NCBI GenBank assembly: GCA_965218295.1
Contig: CBDCKN010000015.1
Span: forward strand, 192,001 to 256,000
From: Longimicrobiales bacterium
Lineage (GTDB): Bacteria > Gemmatimonadota > Gemmatimonadetes > Longimicrobiales > Gaopeijiaceae
DNA length: 64,000 nucleotides
Reading direction: 5' to 3'
Shown here: piece by piece, positions 10,222-20,819 of the stretch
Layout: each line of letters starts with the position of its first letter
Numbering within the stretch: position 1 is the first letter of the stretch
Position numbers and translations under genes: made by a program
The notes under the pieces: generated by a model
The model's database searches: none
The model's input: only the letters and a program-made list of their open reading frames with translations
Told to the model about the DNA's origin: nothing

Positions 10222-11412
10222 CCGTCTCCCCCACCCAGGAAGTCACCGACGAACTGATACAGCACGTCGACGCATGTGGAGATCTCCGACGGATTCGATC
10301 CATTCGTCGGCCGAGTGCGCCTGGCCGATGGAGCCGGGGCCGAAGCAGACGGCCGGCGTGCCCGCCTCGTTCAGGAAGGCCGCATCCACCCAGGCGGTCA
10401 TGCCCTCCACCACGGGCTCCACCCCCTGGACCGAGCACGCCGAGATCAGCCCTTGCACGAGCGGGGAGTCCTCGGGCACCTCGGTGGCCGGCCGCGTGAG
10501 CCCTTGAACCAGCTCGGCGTCGAGCTGGGGGACCTCGGCGGCCAGCCCGTCGAGAACGGCCTGGAACTCCTCCATGACCCGGGCCGGGTTCCCGCCGGGC
10601 AGGGTCCGCCGCTCCAGGACGAGCCTGCATTCGCTGGGGTATACCGAGGGCGCCGAGCCACCGCTGATGGTGCCCGCGTGGAATGAGCCGTGGGCCAGGA
10701 GCGGATGCGGATCCGCCGCCTTGAGCTCGGCCTGCAGGCTCCCGAGCCGGGTCAAGTACCGCCCGGCGTGCTCGATGGCGTCCACCCCCATCTCGGGCCG
10801 CGACCCGTGGGCCGCCTTCCCGCGGAAGAGGGCATCGACCCAGACGAAGCCCTTGTGGGCGGGCATGATGGCCAGGCTCGTGGGCTCGCATACGACCGCG
10901 GCATCGGCCCGCACGCCGGAGCGCACCACAGCGTCCATTCCCACACTGGCATGCTCTTCGTCGGCCGTGAGCGCCACGACGAGCGACCCGGTGAGCGCAT
11001 CCCTCTTGGCCAGCCTCGCCGTCGCCGCGAGCAGGGACGCCACCCCGCCCTTCATGTCGCAGGAGCCCCGCCCCCACAGCCGGCCGTCCCGGATCGCAGC
11101 GCCGAAGGGAGGGATGGTCATGCCGGCCGCGCCCACCGTGTCCAGGTGGCCGTTCAGGAGGACCGTAGGGCCCGCCCCGGGGTCACCCATGCGGGCCAGC
11201 ACGTTCCACCGGCCCGGCGATGCCTCCACCGTCTCCGCCTCGAGCCCCCACTCCCGGAGCCACCCAGCCGTAAGCTCGGCGATGGCCCCCTCACCGGCGC
11301 CCCCCTCCTCCAGCATGGGGTTCACGGAGGGCGTGGCGACGAGGGCCTGGGCGATGGCCAGGGGGTCCCCGTGCCGAGCCGCGTCCGAGTATGAGTTCGT
11401 GTCCTGACTCAA
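10218..11412 (-). CDS. ArgE/DapE family M20 deacylase; +1 frameshift near 10286 in the last ~20 codons
   Basis: NGHLDTV, GRGSCDMKGG, DEEH, CEPT, HGSRPE, AHSADEW. The corrected frame ends in a TGA overlapping the next ATG. Confidence 0.88.
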
Positions 11413-11706
11413 CTTGCGATCCCTCTCCCCAGTTTCGATGCGTTTTTTTCCCCTGAGCCGCGGCGAACGTCCCGCCGTGCACCCGGCTCGAGCCACCCCG
11501 CGCACTGGACGCTACCGGCCTCGGTGAGAGTAGCTCCGACCGTTCCCGGTGCCAACTCTACCGGGCGACAGAGACGGATTTTCCGGTACTCCCGGCAAGT
11601 CGCCGTCGGATTTTCGATGGTGGTCGGTGTGAAACTAACCGGCGGGTCCGGCGTATATTACTCGTAGACTACCACTTAAAGGCCAGCAAGGTACTTTGGC
11701 CCGCCT

Positions 11707-11722
11707 CGGCACGATTCGTGCT
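11707..11722 (+). promoter_or_regulatory. Putative sigma-54 (-24/-12) promoter
   Basis: CGGCACGATTCGTGCT: GG-N10-GC with a GGCACG core, 30 bp upstream of ORF 11753. Confidence 0.55.
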
Positions 11723-11752
11723 TAAGATGGGGATGGGCGCACTCAAGTCGCG

Positions 11753-11968
11753 ATGGACAGGCAGGAGGACATCAAGGACATCATTCGTCAGGAGGGCAGC
11801 ATTAATAAGGTGACGCTGGGCATCCTTGGGGCCACCGCCGTAGTGGCGAGCCTGCTTCTCATTCGTCAGACGAAGCAGATCACGCCCAAGGAGACCGTCG
11901 ACGTGCCAGCGGGTGAGGCGGTTCCGGGGAGCATCTCCCTGGAGCGACTTCGCGAGCTAGGTATTTAA
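11753..11968 (+). CDS. Small hypothetical membrane protein (71 aa, one TM segment)
   Basis: Hydrophobic VTLGILGATAVVASLLLI; lies between a candidate promoter and a terminator. Confidence 0.6.
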   Translation: MDRQEDIKDIIRQEGSINKVTLGILGATAVVASLLLIRQTKQITPKETVDVPAGEAVPGSISLERLRELGI

Positions 11969-12023
11969 GACTCACATCCGGCTTATTGCACCGCCCGGGC
12001 AACCCCCAGGTTGAGGGGCATGA

Positions 12024-12063
12024 GAAAACGGAGGGCGCGCCGGCGTCCCTCCGTCTCTTTTTT
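12024..12063. terminator. Probable bidirectional intrinsic terminator
   Basis: ACGGAGGG...CCCTCCGT stem with a T-rich tail on + and an A4 run on the other side, between convergent genes. Confidence 0.75.
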
Positions 12064-12083
12064 CCAGCTGTCTCTGTCGAAAC

Positions 12084-12320
12084 CTACTCGTCGAAGAAGA
12101 CCGCGTTCTTCTCGAGGTAGCTCGTCCACTCCGGTGGCACGTCGGTGTCCGGGAAGATGGCCGTCACCGGACACTCGGGCTCACAGGCACCACAGTCGAT
12201 GCATTCGTCCGGATGTATGTAATACATGTCGTCCCCCTCATAGATACAGTCGACGGGGCATACCTCTACGCAGCTCGCATCTTTGGTACCGATGCAGGGT
12301 TCGGCAATGATGTAGGTCAT
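12084..12320 (-). CDS. fdxA: 7Fe-type ferredoxin (FdxA-like)
   Basis: [27 protein letters not shown]...[13 protein letters not shown]. Confidence 0.95.
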   Translation of the reverse strand: MTYIIAEPCIGTKDASCVEVCPVDCIYEGDDMYYIHPDECIDCGACEPECPVTAIFPDTDVPPEWTSYLEKNAVFFDE

Positions 12321-12423
12321 GGGCTGCCGCTTATCTTGGCTGACACGTGGACCTGGATCCTCTTTGGTCCGGATGACCATCGTCCTGGGCGACCCATCAT
12401 TAAGGCAGAAAATGCAGGAGCCG

Positions 12424-13020
12424 TCAAGTAGCGTGTTTTCTGCTGAAAATGAGACAACAGTGGCGGTACCTGCGCGCGAGAAGCGGGTGGGCGCGCTCCG
12501 CCACGGCGAGATACACGGCCGAGCCCTCCGCGTGGGCGGCGCGGGCCGTTTCGAGATCCCCCCAGAGGTGGGCGTGGCGCAGATGGTCCAGGCGCTCGGC
12601 CAGCGCCACGAGCCCCACCTGAGGATCGCTCCCCAGTAGATCCTCCAGAAGGCGTTCGGAGCCGGGCCGTGGCACGCGCCCGCGTAGGTCCATGACCTTC
12701 TGCCCGACCTGTGCTTCCACCTCCGAGTCCGAGGCCTCGAGCTCCGGTCGCTGGCTGTCCACCAGGCAAGCCGCCGCCAGGGCCACGGGCTCGGTCAGGC
12801 CCACGTCGTCCAGGAGGATCACTGCCGTCCGGCCCGGGTGCAGGTAGTCCGGATGATGGTCGTCATGGATGACGGCCAGCCTCGGGGCCATGGCCGCGCG
12901 GAACGCCTCCTCGATCAGGCTCCGTCCCGCCGCTTCGACGCCGTGCATCAGGGCCGTCCGATCGAGGCGCTCGATCATGCGCTCCCAGCGGGTGGGAACC
13001 CCGGGCCGCTCCTCGCTCAC
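12424..13020 (-). CDS. Degenerate RelA/SpoT-type HD-domain protein
   Basis: [19 protein letters not shown] (for AALLHD), [13 protein letters not shown] (for VKLADRLHNMR); GTG start overlaps the upstream stop. Confidence 0.6.
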   Translation of the reverse strand: MSEERPGVPTRWERMIERLDRTALMHGVEAAGRSLIEEAFRAAMAPRLAVIHDDHHPDYLHPGRTAVILLDDVGLTEPVALAAACLVDSQRPELEASDSEVEAQVGQKVMDLRGRVPRPGSERLLEDLLGSDPQVGLVALAERLDHLRHAHLWGDLETARAAHAEGSAVYLAVAERAHPLLARRYRHCCLIFSRKHAT

Positions 13021-13859
13021 CCTTCGCCCAGGTGGATGGCGAAGTGCCCGGTGGTGGCGTCGATGGCCTCGGCGAGCTGGGGGCTCGATCCTTGGAAGGG
13101 GTGGCCCACCTCGAAGGTGTGACCGCTCTTCTCCACCAGAACGAGCCTGGCCTTCCCCGACGCCCGGGCCAACTCCAGCGCCTCCGCCTCCGCCACCGTC
13201 AGGTCGTCCCGGCCATGGACGATGAGCCAGGGAGCCTCCACCTCGCTCGCCGCATCGAGAATCGAGAGACTCTCGGCGTTGGCCTCGAAGTCCTCCAGGA
13301 GGGAGACGTCCAGGGGCATCTGCTGCCCGGTGCGGGAGTTCAGGACGTGGACACGGCCCGACTCCCTCCACTCCGCCTTGGTCGCCTCGGTCCAGCGGTC
13401 GTAACGGGAGACAGCGGCCCACGTCACGAGGGCGGCGAGTCGCTCCTCGCTCCGGGCGTGGAGGATGGCGGCCCCACCGCCCCGGCTGTGTCCGATGAGC
13501 CCCACCCGTTCGGGACGCCGGGAGAGGAACTCCCCGCCCACCACGGCATCCACCATCCAGCGCAGGTCCTCGAGCTCGCGGCCGTAGGTGTTGCCGGCGA
13601 AGCGCTCGAGCTCGGTGAAGGAGTCGAGGTCGTCACCGACGCCGTTCCGGGAGAAGTTGAAGGAGACGACCGCGTGGCCGGCGATGGCGAGCCGCTCGCA
13701 CAGATGGGGAAAGAAGCACCAGTCCTTATAGCCCTTGAATCCGTGGACCACGATGACGGCGGTGCGGGGCGCCGGCCCCTCGGCGTAGCGCACGTCGCCC
13801 CGAATGATCTCACCTTTGTTCAGGTGAGGAGCGACGACCTCGAACCGCCGGTGGATCAC
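13017..13859 (-). CDS. Alpha/beta hydrolase
   Basis: HGFKGYKDW, GHSRGG nucleophile elbow, HGRDD, GHTF. Confidence 0.9.
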   Translation of the reverse strand: MIHRRFEVVAPHLNKGEIIRGDVRYAEGPAPRTAVIVVHGFKGYKDWCFFPHLCERLAIAGHAVVSFNFSRNGVGDDLDSFTELERFAGNTYGRELEDLRWMVDAVVGGEFLSRRPERVGLIGHSRGGGAAILHARSEERLAALVTWAAVSRYDRWTEATKAEWRESGRVHVLNSRTGQQMPLDVSLLEDFEANAESLSILDAASEVEAPWLIVHGRDDLTVAEAEALELARASGKARLVLVEKSGHTFEVGHPFQGSSPQLAEAIDATTGHFAIHLGEG

Positions 13860-13860
13860 G

Positions 13861-14415
13861 TCAGTCCTTCGTCCAGAGGAGGTCCGGCTCCCCTCCCCGG
13901 TGATTCTCCAAGCGGGCCCAGACGAAGAAGAGGTCGGAGAGACGATTCAGGTAGGGCAGAACCCCGTCCTCTACCCCCTCCGACTCGGACAGGCCCACCA
14001 CCGCACGCTCGGCCCGCCGGCATACCGTGCGGCACACGTGGAGGAGACCCGCCCCCCGGGTCCCGCCCGGAAGGATGAAGTCCCTGAGCTCCTCGAGCTC
14101 GCTCGTGGCCTCATCTATCCACGCCTCCATCTCACCGATCCGTCCCACGGGCACGTCGGGCGTCTGGGGCTCGGGGCGGCTCCCGTCCGCCGGGGCGGTG
14201 GCCAGGATCGCCCCCAAGGCGAAGAGATCGTGCTGAATGGCCTGCAGGCCCTGGCGGACCGTCGCATCCGCCACGGCCTCCACCGCCAGGCCAACGAACG
14301 AGTTGAGCTCATCCACCGTCCCGTAGGCGTCGACCCTGGGGTGGCTCTTGGGTACGCGACCGCCGCCGAAGAGTCCGGTGTCGCCGTCGTCCCCCGTCTT
14401 GGTGTAGATCTTCAT
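13861..14415 (-). CDS. pduO: Cob(I)yrinic acid a,c-diamide adenosyltransferase (PduO type)
   Basis: MKIYTKTGDDGDT, AYGTVDELNS, RTVCRRAER, YLNRLSD. Confidence 0.95.
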   Translation of the reverse strand: MKIYTKTGDDGDTGLFGGGRVPKSHPRVDAYGTVDELNSFVGLAVEAVADATVRQGLQAIQHDLFALGAILATAPADGSRPEPQTPDVPVGRIGEMEAWIDEATSELEELRDFILPGGTRGAGLLHVCRTVCRRAERAVVGLSESEGVEDGVLPYLNRLSDLFFVWARLENHRGGEPDLLWTKD

Positions 14416-14419
14416 GGCG

Positions 14420-14665
14420 TCAGCGTAGTCGGGTCAGGTTCCGGAGCTGCTGAGCCTTCTCCAGAAGCGAGGACGTCGACTTTGCCTCCTCGGGGGCCCC
14501 GCTCAAGAGGTCCCGGAGGTCCAGCATGACCTCCAGATAGATCTGATCGCGCTGGAACTCGAAGTCGAGGCGCCCGGCGTCGGCACCCTCGCCCCCGGCA
14601 CTCCGATCGAGCTCGTCGCGATAGAGCTTTTCCAGGTTGTCGAGAATCCGCTGTCGATCTCTCAT
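14420..14665 (-). CDS. Hypothetical protein (81 aa)
   Basis: Fills the operon between coupled genes; coding-like composition. Confidence 0.65.
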   Translation of the reverse strand: MRDRQRILDNLEKLYRDELDRSAGGEGADAGRLDFEFQRDQIYLEVMLDLRDLLSGAPEEAKSTSSLLEKAQQLRNLTRLR

Positions 14666-15289
14666 AGCACGTCTCCCCCGGGGCCGCCTCGGAAGAAGTC
14701 CGTGAGCGCACCCTTCATCTCGTCGATGTGCCCGTTGAAGTAATGATCTGCTCCCGGGATCCGGACCAGAGTCACGTGGGATCCCAGCTCGGCCACGACC
14801 GGTTCCACCTCGGAGCCCGAGCCGAGCTCGTCCTCGTCACCCTGGACGATGAGCACCGGCTTATCCACGTCCTTCAGGAAGGTATAGTCGTACAGGCGTA
14901 CCGGAATGCCGATCCCGAAGAGCGCCACGACCCGCGGGTCCGTGACGGCGTAACCCAGAGACACCATGGACCCGAAGGAGAATCCGCCAGCCACCAGGGG
15001 CCGGCCAGGATATTGCTCCTCCAACCAGTCCAGCGCCACGGCCACGTCATCCTTCTCCCCGATCCCCTCCTCGTAGCTGCCCGTGCTGGTGCCCACGCCT
15101 CGAAAGTTGAATCGCAGTCCGACGATGCTCGCGTCGGCCAGGGCCTGAGCCGCGCGAAACACGGCCTTGGTGTGCATCGTACCGCCGTAAAGGGGATGGG
15201 GGTGACAGACGACGCCAGCTCCCCAGGGCCGGGCCGGGCGGCACGCGGAGGACGGCCTCCAGATGTCCATGAGGCGCGGGAATGGTCAA
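14662..15289 (-). CDS. Alpha/beta hydrolase (COG2945-like); +1 frameshift in a G run near 15222
   Basis: IPAPHGHLEA...VVCHPHPLYGGTM, RFNFRGVG, GFSFG, GADHYF. Confidence 0.85.
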
Positions 15290-15426
15290 GCACGACTCCA
15301 GGAGTTGTCTCGCACGCGTCTACCGGGCCCGCTATCTTCCTTCGCGCGTCCCCGAATCGAGTTCAAGACACCACTCTAGGCCCCTATCCATGGCCCCGCC
15401 ACCGGGCCTGAACCGCGAGCTGTCCG

Positions 15427-15927
15427 ATGCCGTCCAACGAGACCCAGGACCAGAAACTCTCCGACCGAGCCAACGAGCTCTACTGGCGATCCGATCGGAG
15501 CGTGAATCAGATCGCCGAGGACATGGACCTCTCCAAGAGCCGGCTCTACGGCCTCGTTCGACCTCAGCCGGCCGGAAGCCCCTGCCCCCAGTGCCAGGCC
15601 GAGCTTCTCTTCCCCAATCGGACCGCCATGGAGAAGGGCTTCGTCTCGTGCCCGGAGTGTGGCTTCGAGGGAACGGCCCCCGGCGAGGCGACTTCGAAGG
15701 CGGGACCGGCGAGCGCCGCCGGCAACGGGCAGGCGGCGGCCCAACCCCGTCGGGCGGCCAAGCCCCGTCGGGCAGCCCAACCCGCCACGGCGGCGTCCGA
15801 GCCCGGCCCAGACAAGGCGCCCGCCCCGGCGGGTAGGCGGCTGAGCTCCAAGCGCGTCCTCTGGGGCTCCGCGCTCCTGGGCGTCGCCGCCGGGCTCTAC
15901 CTGGCCATCCGGCAACGCCGCTCCTGA
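15427..15927 (+). CDS. Hypothetical protein: HTH-like N-terminus, CxxC...CxxC zinc ribbon, C-terminal TM anchor
   Basis: SVNQIAEDMDLSKSRLY; CPQC...CPEC; VLWGSALLGVAAGLYLAI. Confidence 0.7.
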   Translation: MPSNETQDQKLSDRANELYWRSDRSVNQIAEDMDLSKSRLYGLVRPQPAGSPCPQCQAELLFPNRTAMEKGFVSCPECGFEGTAPGEATSKAGPASAAGNGQAAAQPRRAAKPRRAAQPATAASEPGPDKAPAPAGRRLSSKRVLWGSALLGVAAGLYLAIRQRRS

Positions 15928-15944
15928 CCCGCCTCCCGAAGCGG

Positions 15945-17182
15945 ATGCACACCTACACCCAAGACCCCAGGACCATCATCACACCCGACGCGTTCTCGGT
16001 GGACCCTCCGCTTCTGGGAACGCCACTGGCGCCTCCGCGCCGCAGGGCTGTGGCTCTGCTCATCGACGTCATCTTGGTGGGGCTGATCACCGCGCTCACT
16101 AGCGGGTTTTGGTTCGTTCTGGGCGTCGTGGTCGCGGCGTTCTTCTTCACCAGGGCGGGAAATCCCGGCAGGGGCGACCACCTATCGAAAGTCTTCCGGC
16201 TCTTCCTGGGGTGCATGGGCGTCACGGCGCTCCTGGTGACCGTCACGATCTTTCTCGGCCTGCGCTTCCTGAGCGATCGATCCGACGAAGGCCCCGTGCT
16301 ATCAGGCATGGTCACTGTCATGGGCGACAGCGCCGACATCAACCTGTCCGGAGGTCTCGAGGGCGTGCTCGGCGGTCTCGCGGAGGGGGCCCAGATCCTC
16401 ACGTCGGAGTCACCCGAGGAAGTCGTTCGCCTGGCCACGAGACTCGGCCGCCGGCTCGAGGCGACCGGGACGCTCGACGACGTGGAGGACGCCCTCGCCG
16501 AGCTCATCCCCGACGAAGTGGGAGGCTTCGACGGGGAGGATCTCCTGGAAGGAGTGATGGCCGATCTGCGTTCCTCTTCCGAAGGCGAGCCGGCCGACCC
16601 GGGCGAGTCCTCGGAGCCCGACCCGGACGACGAGGCCGCGGCCCAGCTGGCCGCAGCTGAGGAGGCCGAGAGAGAGAGCGCCGAGGCCATGATCCTGTCC
16701 GCCGATACCATCGGGGAGCTGCAGGACCGCCTCAAGCGCGCCGAGCGCAACCTCGACCGGACGCAGGCGGAGAGCTCCAACAGGCGCAGGAGAGGCGCGG
16801 CCTCTTCGGCTGGTTCGCGGACCGAATCGAGTCGCTGGGGTTTGGGATAGGATGGTGGACCATGTACTTTACCGTTCTCATGCCGTGGATGAAGGGCCAA
16901 ACGCCGAGCAAGCGGGCGATGGGCATCCGGGTCGTGCGGCTGGACGGCCAGCCGGTCACGTGGTGGCACGCCTTCGAGCGCGCCGGTGGATACGCCGCCG
17001 GACTGGCCACAGGAACCCTGGGCTTCGCCCAGATCTACTGGGATCCGAACCGGCAGGCGATCCACGACAAGATCGCGGGTACCGTCGTGACGCTGGACGG
17101 CGCCCCCAAGGTCCCCGGCCGCTGGGATCTGGGTGCTCTGGACTCGGACGAGCAGACCACCGACACCCCCGGAGACCCATGA
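15945..17182 (+). CDS. RDD family membrane protein; 2-bp (AG) insertion near 16772 splits it
   Basis: LAPPRRRAVALLID; GQTPSKRAMGIRVV; RQAIHDKIAGTVV. Removing AG joins both ORFs (AELQQAQERRGLFGW). Confidence 0.82.
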
Positions 17183-18084
17183 CCGAAGAGTTGGAAGAGT
17201 TCGAGGAGGAGCTGGAGAACCTCGAGCCCGACGATGGAGGGGAGGACCTCGAGGAGCTTTCGGCCGGCGCCGGTGCCGGGCGGACCGTGGAGGAGCGGTT
17301 CGCCCGACGCATCCGGATCACGGTGCCCGACCACCACAGCCCCAAGCTCAGGGACCTCATGGACATCGTGAACGCCGACGACGATCTCTACGCGCTGTGG
17401 ATCGCCAGCAACGTGGTGGCCGTCGACCGCCTGGGGATGACCGACCACGGCCCGGTGCACGTAAAGATCGTCTCGAACATCGCGCTGAAGATGCTGCGCC
17501 TCCTGGTGGTGGCCGGCATCCAGCCCTCGGTGGTCGAGAACTACGGACTCGAGGTGCAGGACGCCGAGGTGGTGGTCGTGCTGGGGGCGCTGCTCCACGA
17601 CGTGGGCATGTCCATCCAGCGGTCAGACCACGAGGGCTACTCGCTCTTCATCGCCCAGGACAAGCTCGAGGCTATCCTCCCCCAGCTCTATGACCGGGCC
17701 ACCGCCACCATCCTCCGGAGCGAGGTCCTCCACGCCATCATCGCCCACCGCTCCGGGGGCAGGCCCCTGACGCTCGAGGCAGGGGTCGTACGGATCGCCG
17801 ACGCGCTGGACATGGCCAAAGGACGCTCGCGGATCCCCTTCGAGGACGGCTCGGAGAGCATCCACTCCGTCTCGGCGGCGGCCATCGAGTCGGTCTCCAT
17901 CGACGAGGGGGCGGATCGCCCGGTCCGCCTCACGGTGGAGATCACGAACTCGGCAGGCATCTTCCAGCTCGACCAGCTCTTCCGTGAGAAGCTCAAGGGG
18001 AGCGGGCTGGAGGCTCACGTGGAGCTCCGGGCCGTCCTCCAGGGCGACACGGAGCGGAGGCTCTTCAAGGAGTTTCGGATCTAG
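17179..18084 (+). CDS. HD-domain phosphohydrolase
   Basis: DHGPVH, LLHDVG, AHR, IADALDM. Confidence 0.88.
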   Translation: MTEELEEFEEELENLEPDDGGEDLEELSAGAGAGRTVEERFARRIRITVPDHHSPKLRDLMDIVNADDDLYALWIASNVVAVDRLGMTDHGPVHVKIVSNIALKMLRLLVVAGIQPSVVENYGLEVQDAEVVVVLGALLHDVGMSIQRSDHEGYSLFIAQDKLEAILPQLYDRATATILRSEVLHAIIAHRSGGRPLTLEAGVVRIADALDMAKGRSRIPFEDGSESIHSVSAAAIESVSIDEGADRPVRLTVEITNSAGIFQLDQLFREKLKGSGLEAHVELRAVLQGDTERRLFKEFRI

Positions 18085-18126
18085 CGTCCCCCGCCCGCTA
18101 GCCCGGCAGCCCGCGCCCGACGCCCC

Positions 18127-18864
18127 ATGGACACCGTCAGCATCTCACTCCCCTTCGCCTTCTTCGCGGGCCTGGTGTCGTTCCTGTCGCCGTGCGTGCT
18201 CCCGGTGGTCCCCACCTACGTCGCCTACGTCTCGGGGCTCACCTTCGACGAGCTCGCCCAAGAGGGTCCCGGCGGAGCCAGGAGGAAGGCTGTCTTCCAC
18301 TCGTCGCTCTTCATCCTCGGATTCCTGCTCGTCTTCATGACGCTGGGGGCCTCGGCCACGGCCGCCGGTCAGGCGTTCAATCGCATGCTTCCCACCATCA
18401 CCCGGCTGGGCGGCATCCTGGTGATCTTCTTCGGGTTCCTCCTCCTGGACTGGGTGCGGCTTCCGGCACTCGCGCGCGACCTCCGTGTACATCTGAGGTC
18501 GAAGCCCTCGGGCGCATTCGGCTCCCTGGCCGTGGGAGTGATCTTCGGCGCCGGATGGACCCCATGCATCGGTCCCATCCTTGCCACCATCCTCTTCTAC
18601 GCCACCATGGAGGCGACGGTGGCCCGGGGCACCTTGCTCCTGGCCGTGTACGGGCTGGGGCTGGGAGTCCCGTTTTTCGTTGCGGCCGTGGGGTTCAACT
18701 GGTTTCTTGCAAGCTTCGAGGCGGTTCGCCGCTGGGCCCTGCCGGCCCAGAGAGTTGCCGGGATCCTTTTGATCGTGGCAGGAGTTCTCCTCGTTACTGG
18801 AAGGTTCGCATCCGTCTCGGCGTCGCTGGCCGACCTCGGGCAGTGGATCGATTTGGAGGTTTGA
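18127..18864 (+). CDS. ccdA: Cytochrome c biogenesis protein CcdA
   Basis: SFLSPCVLP and GWTPCIGPIL motifs; about six TM segments. Confidence 0.93.
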   Translation: MDTVSISLPFAFFAGLVSFLSPCVLPVVPTYVAYVSGLTFDELAQEGPGGARRKAVFHSSLFILGFLLVFMTLGASATAAGQAFNRMLPTITRLGGILVIFFGFLLLDWVRLPALARDLRVHLRSKPSGAFGSLAVGVIFGAGWTPCIGPILATILFYATMEATVARGTLLLAVYGLGLGVPFFVAAVGFNWFLASFEAVRRWALPAQRVAGILLIVAGVLLVTGRFASVSASLADLGQWIDLEV

Positions 18865-19670
18865 TGACCCGTTCGAGTGCTTCGAGCCGAAGGCCGGGGC
18901 TGAGAGCCTACACCGCCCCGGTACTCCTCGGCGTCGCCTTCTCGCTCTTCGCCAGTGCGTGCGCCGTCGGTGATCAGGAAGTCCCGACCGACGAGGCTCG
19001 CCTCACGACGCGCGGGGCGGGAGAGCTCCTCCCGTCCGGGGCTCCGGCGACTCCGGCATCGCCGGGCTTCGACGCCCTGAACCGGCCGGCTCCGAACACC
19101 CCTCCCGGAGATCAGATCGACCTCGACATGCTGGGCGTCGAATTTGGTAGTCCTGACGCCCCCGCGCACATCCTGGAGTTCTTCGACTTCGGATGCGGGT
19201 TCTGTCGCGAGTTCCACGCGGAGACCCTCCCCGCCCTGATGGACAAGTACGTCGACCAGGGACAGCTCCTTTGGAAGGCGATTCCTTTCGTCATCGGCAA
19301 CTGGGCCAACTCCGTCCCTGCGGCGCTGGCGGCCGAGTGCGCTCTGGATCAGGGTCACTACAAGGAGATGGCCGAGACGCTCTTCGAGCGCCAGTCGGAG
19401 TGGAAGCCCGTCTCCGAGCCGGAGCCGATCCTGGAAGGGATCGCCGAGGAGCTAGGCCTCGACATGGAAGTGTACCGGACGTGCATGAGCAGCGACGAGT
19501 TCCGGTGGCGCGTTCTGGCTCATTCCCTTCTGGCCCGGCAGATCGGCGTCAGGGGAACCCCGACGTTCGTCATCGTAGGGTACGCGCCCTTCTCCGGCGC
19601 CCTTCCCCTCGAGCTCTTCGAGCAGATCATCGACACCGTGCTCGTGAAGGCGGCGGCCGATAACCTCTAG
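18864..19670 (+). CDS. DsbA/thioredoxin-domain lipoprotein
   Basis: EFFDFGCGFCREF, GVRGTPTF; ATG overlaps the ccdA TGA. Confidence 0.88.
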   Translation: MTRSSASSRRPGLRAYTAPVLLGVAFSLFASACAVGDQEVPTDEARLTTRGAGELLPSGAPATPASPGFDALNRPAPNTPPGDQIDLDMLGVEFGSPDAPAHILEFFDFGCGFCREFHAETLPALMDKYVDQGQLLWKAIPFVIGNWANSVPAALAAECALDQGHYKEMAETLFERQSEWKPVSEPEPILEGIAEELGLDMEVYRTCMSSDEFRWRVLAHSLLARQIGVRGTPTFVIVGYAPFSGALPLELFEQIIDTVLVKAAADNL

Positions 19671-19710
19671 TGTTCCGTTTCCGAAGTTCGCGAGCCACCA
19701 AGAGGGCCGG
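19667..19710 (+). mobile_element. MITE-like family A, half copy beginning at the DsbA TAG stop
   Basis: CTAGTGTTCCGTTTCCGAAGTTCGCGAGCCACCAAGAGGG. Confidence 0.85.
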
Positions 19711-19725
19711 GGCGCCGTAGCGCCC

Positions 19726-20610
19726 ATGACGCTTCGCCGACACCCCGGCCTCCTGGCCGGACTCGCCGTCCTCCCCCTCATCCTCTCCTGCGGACTTTCC
19801 GTCGGAGACGGCCCCGGGTGCCGTTTGGACGGCCCGCCCGTGGCGCTCCCCGAGGTCCTGGACGAGACCAGCGGCCTGGCCGTGGGGATCAGGGATCCGA
19901 GCCGCATCTGGACCCACAACGACTCGGGCCACGAGCCCCACCTCTACGCCCTGAACGACGCCGGAGCGCTCCACGCCACCGTCGAGGTCGACCAGAGGAA
20001 CCGGGACTGGGAGGACATAGACCGGGGCCGCTGCGGCGCGGGCTCCTGTCTCTACCTGGCCGACACGGGGGACAATCTGGAGGGCCACACGCGGGTGGCC
20101 CTCTACAGGGTTCCCGAGCCCGACGGCCGCGTGGACGGGACCGCGAGCGCCGACCGCTATCTGATGCAGCTTCCCGACGGGCCCCGGGACCTGGAAGCCA
20201 CGTACGTATTACCGGACGAGAGGATCTTTTTCGTCACCAAGGGGCGGAACCACCCTGTCACTCTCTACCGCTATCCGCCGCCGCTCAGGCCCGACGCAGT
20301 GGTCACCCTGGAGCGCGTCCAGGTGATGAGCAGCGGCCCGGTCGCTCCCCCCCGTTACGTGACCAGCGCATCAGCCACCCTGGACGGGGCGACAGTTGTA
20401 ATCCGCACCTACGAGACGCTGGAGTTCTTCACCGTGACGGAGAACGACGAGCTCCGCCCCCTGGAGGACGGCCGGGTGAACCTCCGGACCCTTCGGGAGC
20501 CCCAAGGGGAGGCCGTGGCGTTCCTACCGGACGGGCGCCTCATCCTGAGCTCCGAGTCGGGGTTCACGTCCCTGCCTTCCATAGTCTTCCTGACCTGCGA
20601 GCTCGGGTAG
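19726..20610 (+). CDS. Secreted beta-propeller-like hypothetical protein
   Basis: ETSGLA, WTHNDSG, DWEDI, LYLADTGDN, QGEAVAF. Confidence 0.7.
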   Translation: MTLRRHPGLLAGLAVLPLILSCGLSVGDGPGCRLDGPPVALPEVLDETSGLAVGIRDPSRIWTHNDSGHEPHLYALNDAGALHATVEVDQRNRDWEDIDRGRCGAGSCLYLADTGDNLEGHTRVALYRVPEPDGRVDGTASADRYLMQLPDGPRDLEATYVLPDERIFFVTKGRNHPVTLYRYPPPLRPDAVVTLERVQVMSSGPVAPPRYVTSASATLDGATVVIRTYETLEFFTVTENDELRPLEDGRVNLRTLREPQGEAVAFLPDGRLILSSESGFTSLPSIVFLTCELG

Positions 20611-20762
20611 GGGAACCGGAAGTCTGAGATGGCGGACGCGCTTGGCCAGCCGCTTGTGGCCGTGCACGAGCGCTTGTTCGAGCTCCCTCGTGAGACCTCA
20701 GTGAGTGTGGCAGCGGGTCGGTACGAGGAGTTGAAGGAGCGGGTGGGGAACTGACCCGAGAG

Positions 20763-20810
20763 TTGCTCTTCGGAGGCGTGTACGTATCTTTATATTGCGA
20801 GTATACGTAC
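20763..20810 (+). promoter_or_regulatory. Putative TA promoter/operator
   Basis: TTGCTC-N16-TATCTT overlapped by the inverted repeat GTACGTAT-N15-ATACGTAC, directly before a GGAGG RBS. Confidence 0.6.
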
Positions 20811-20819
20811 GGAGGTCGC

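Noticed and set aside
20629..20754. 41-codon ORF upstream of the TA pair
   Set aside because: No recognisable motif or clear RBS; possibly a remnant but cannot be supported
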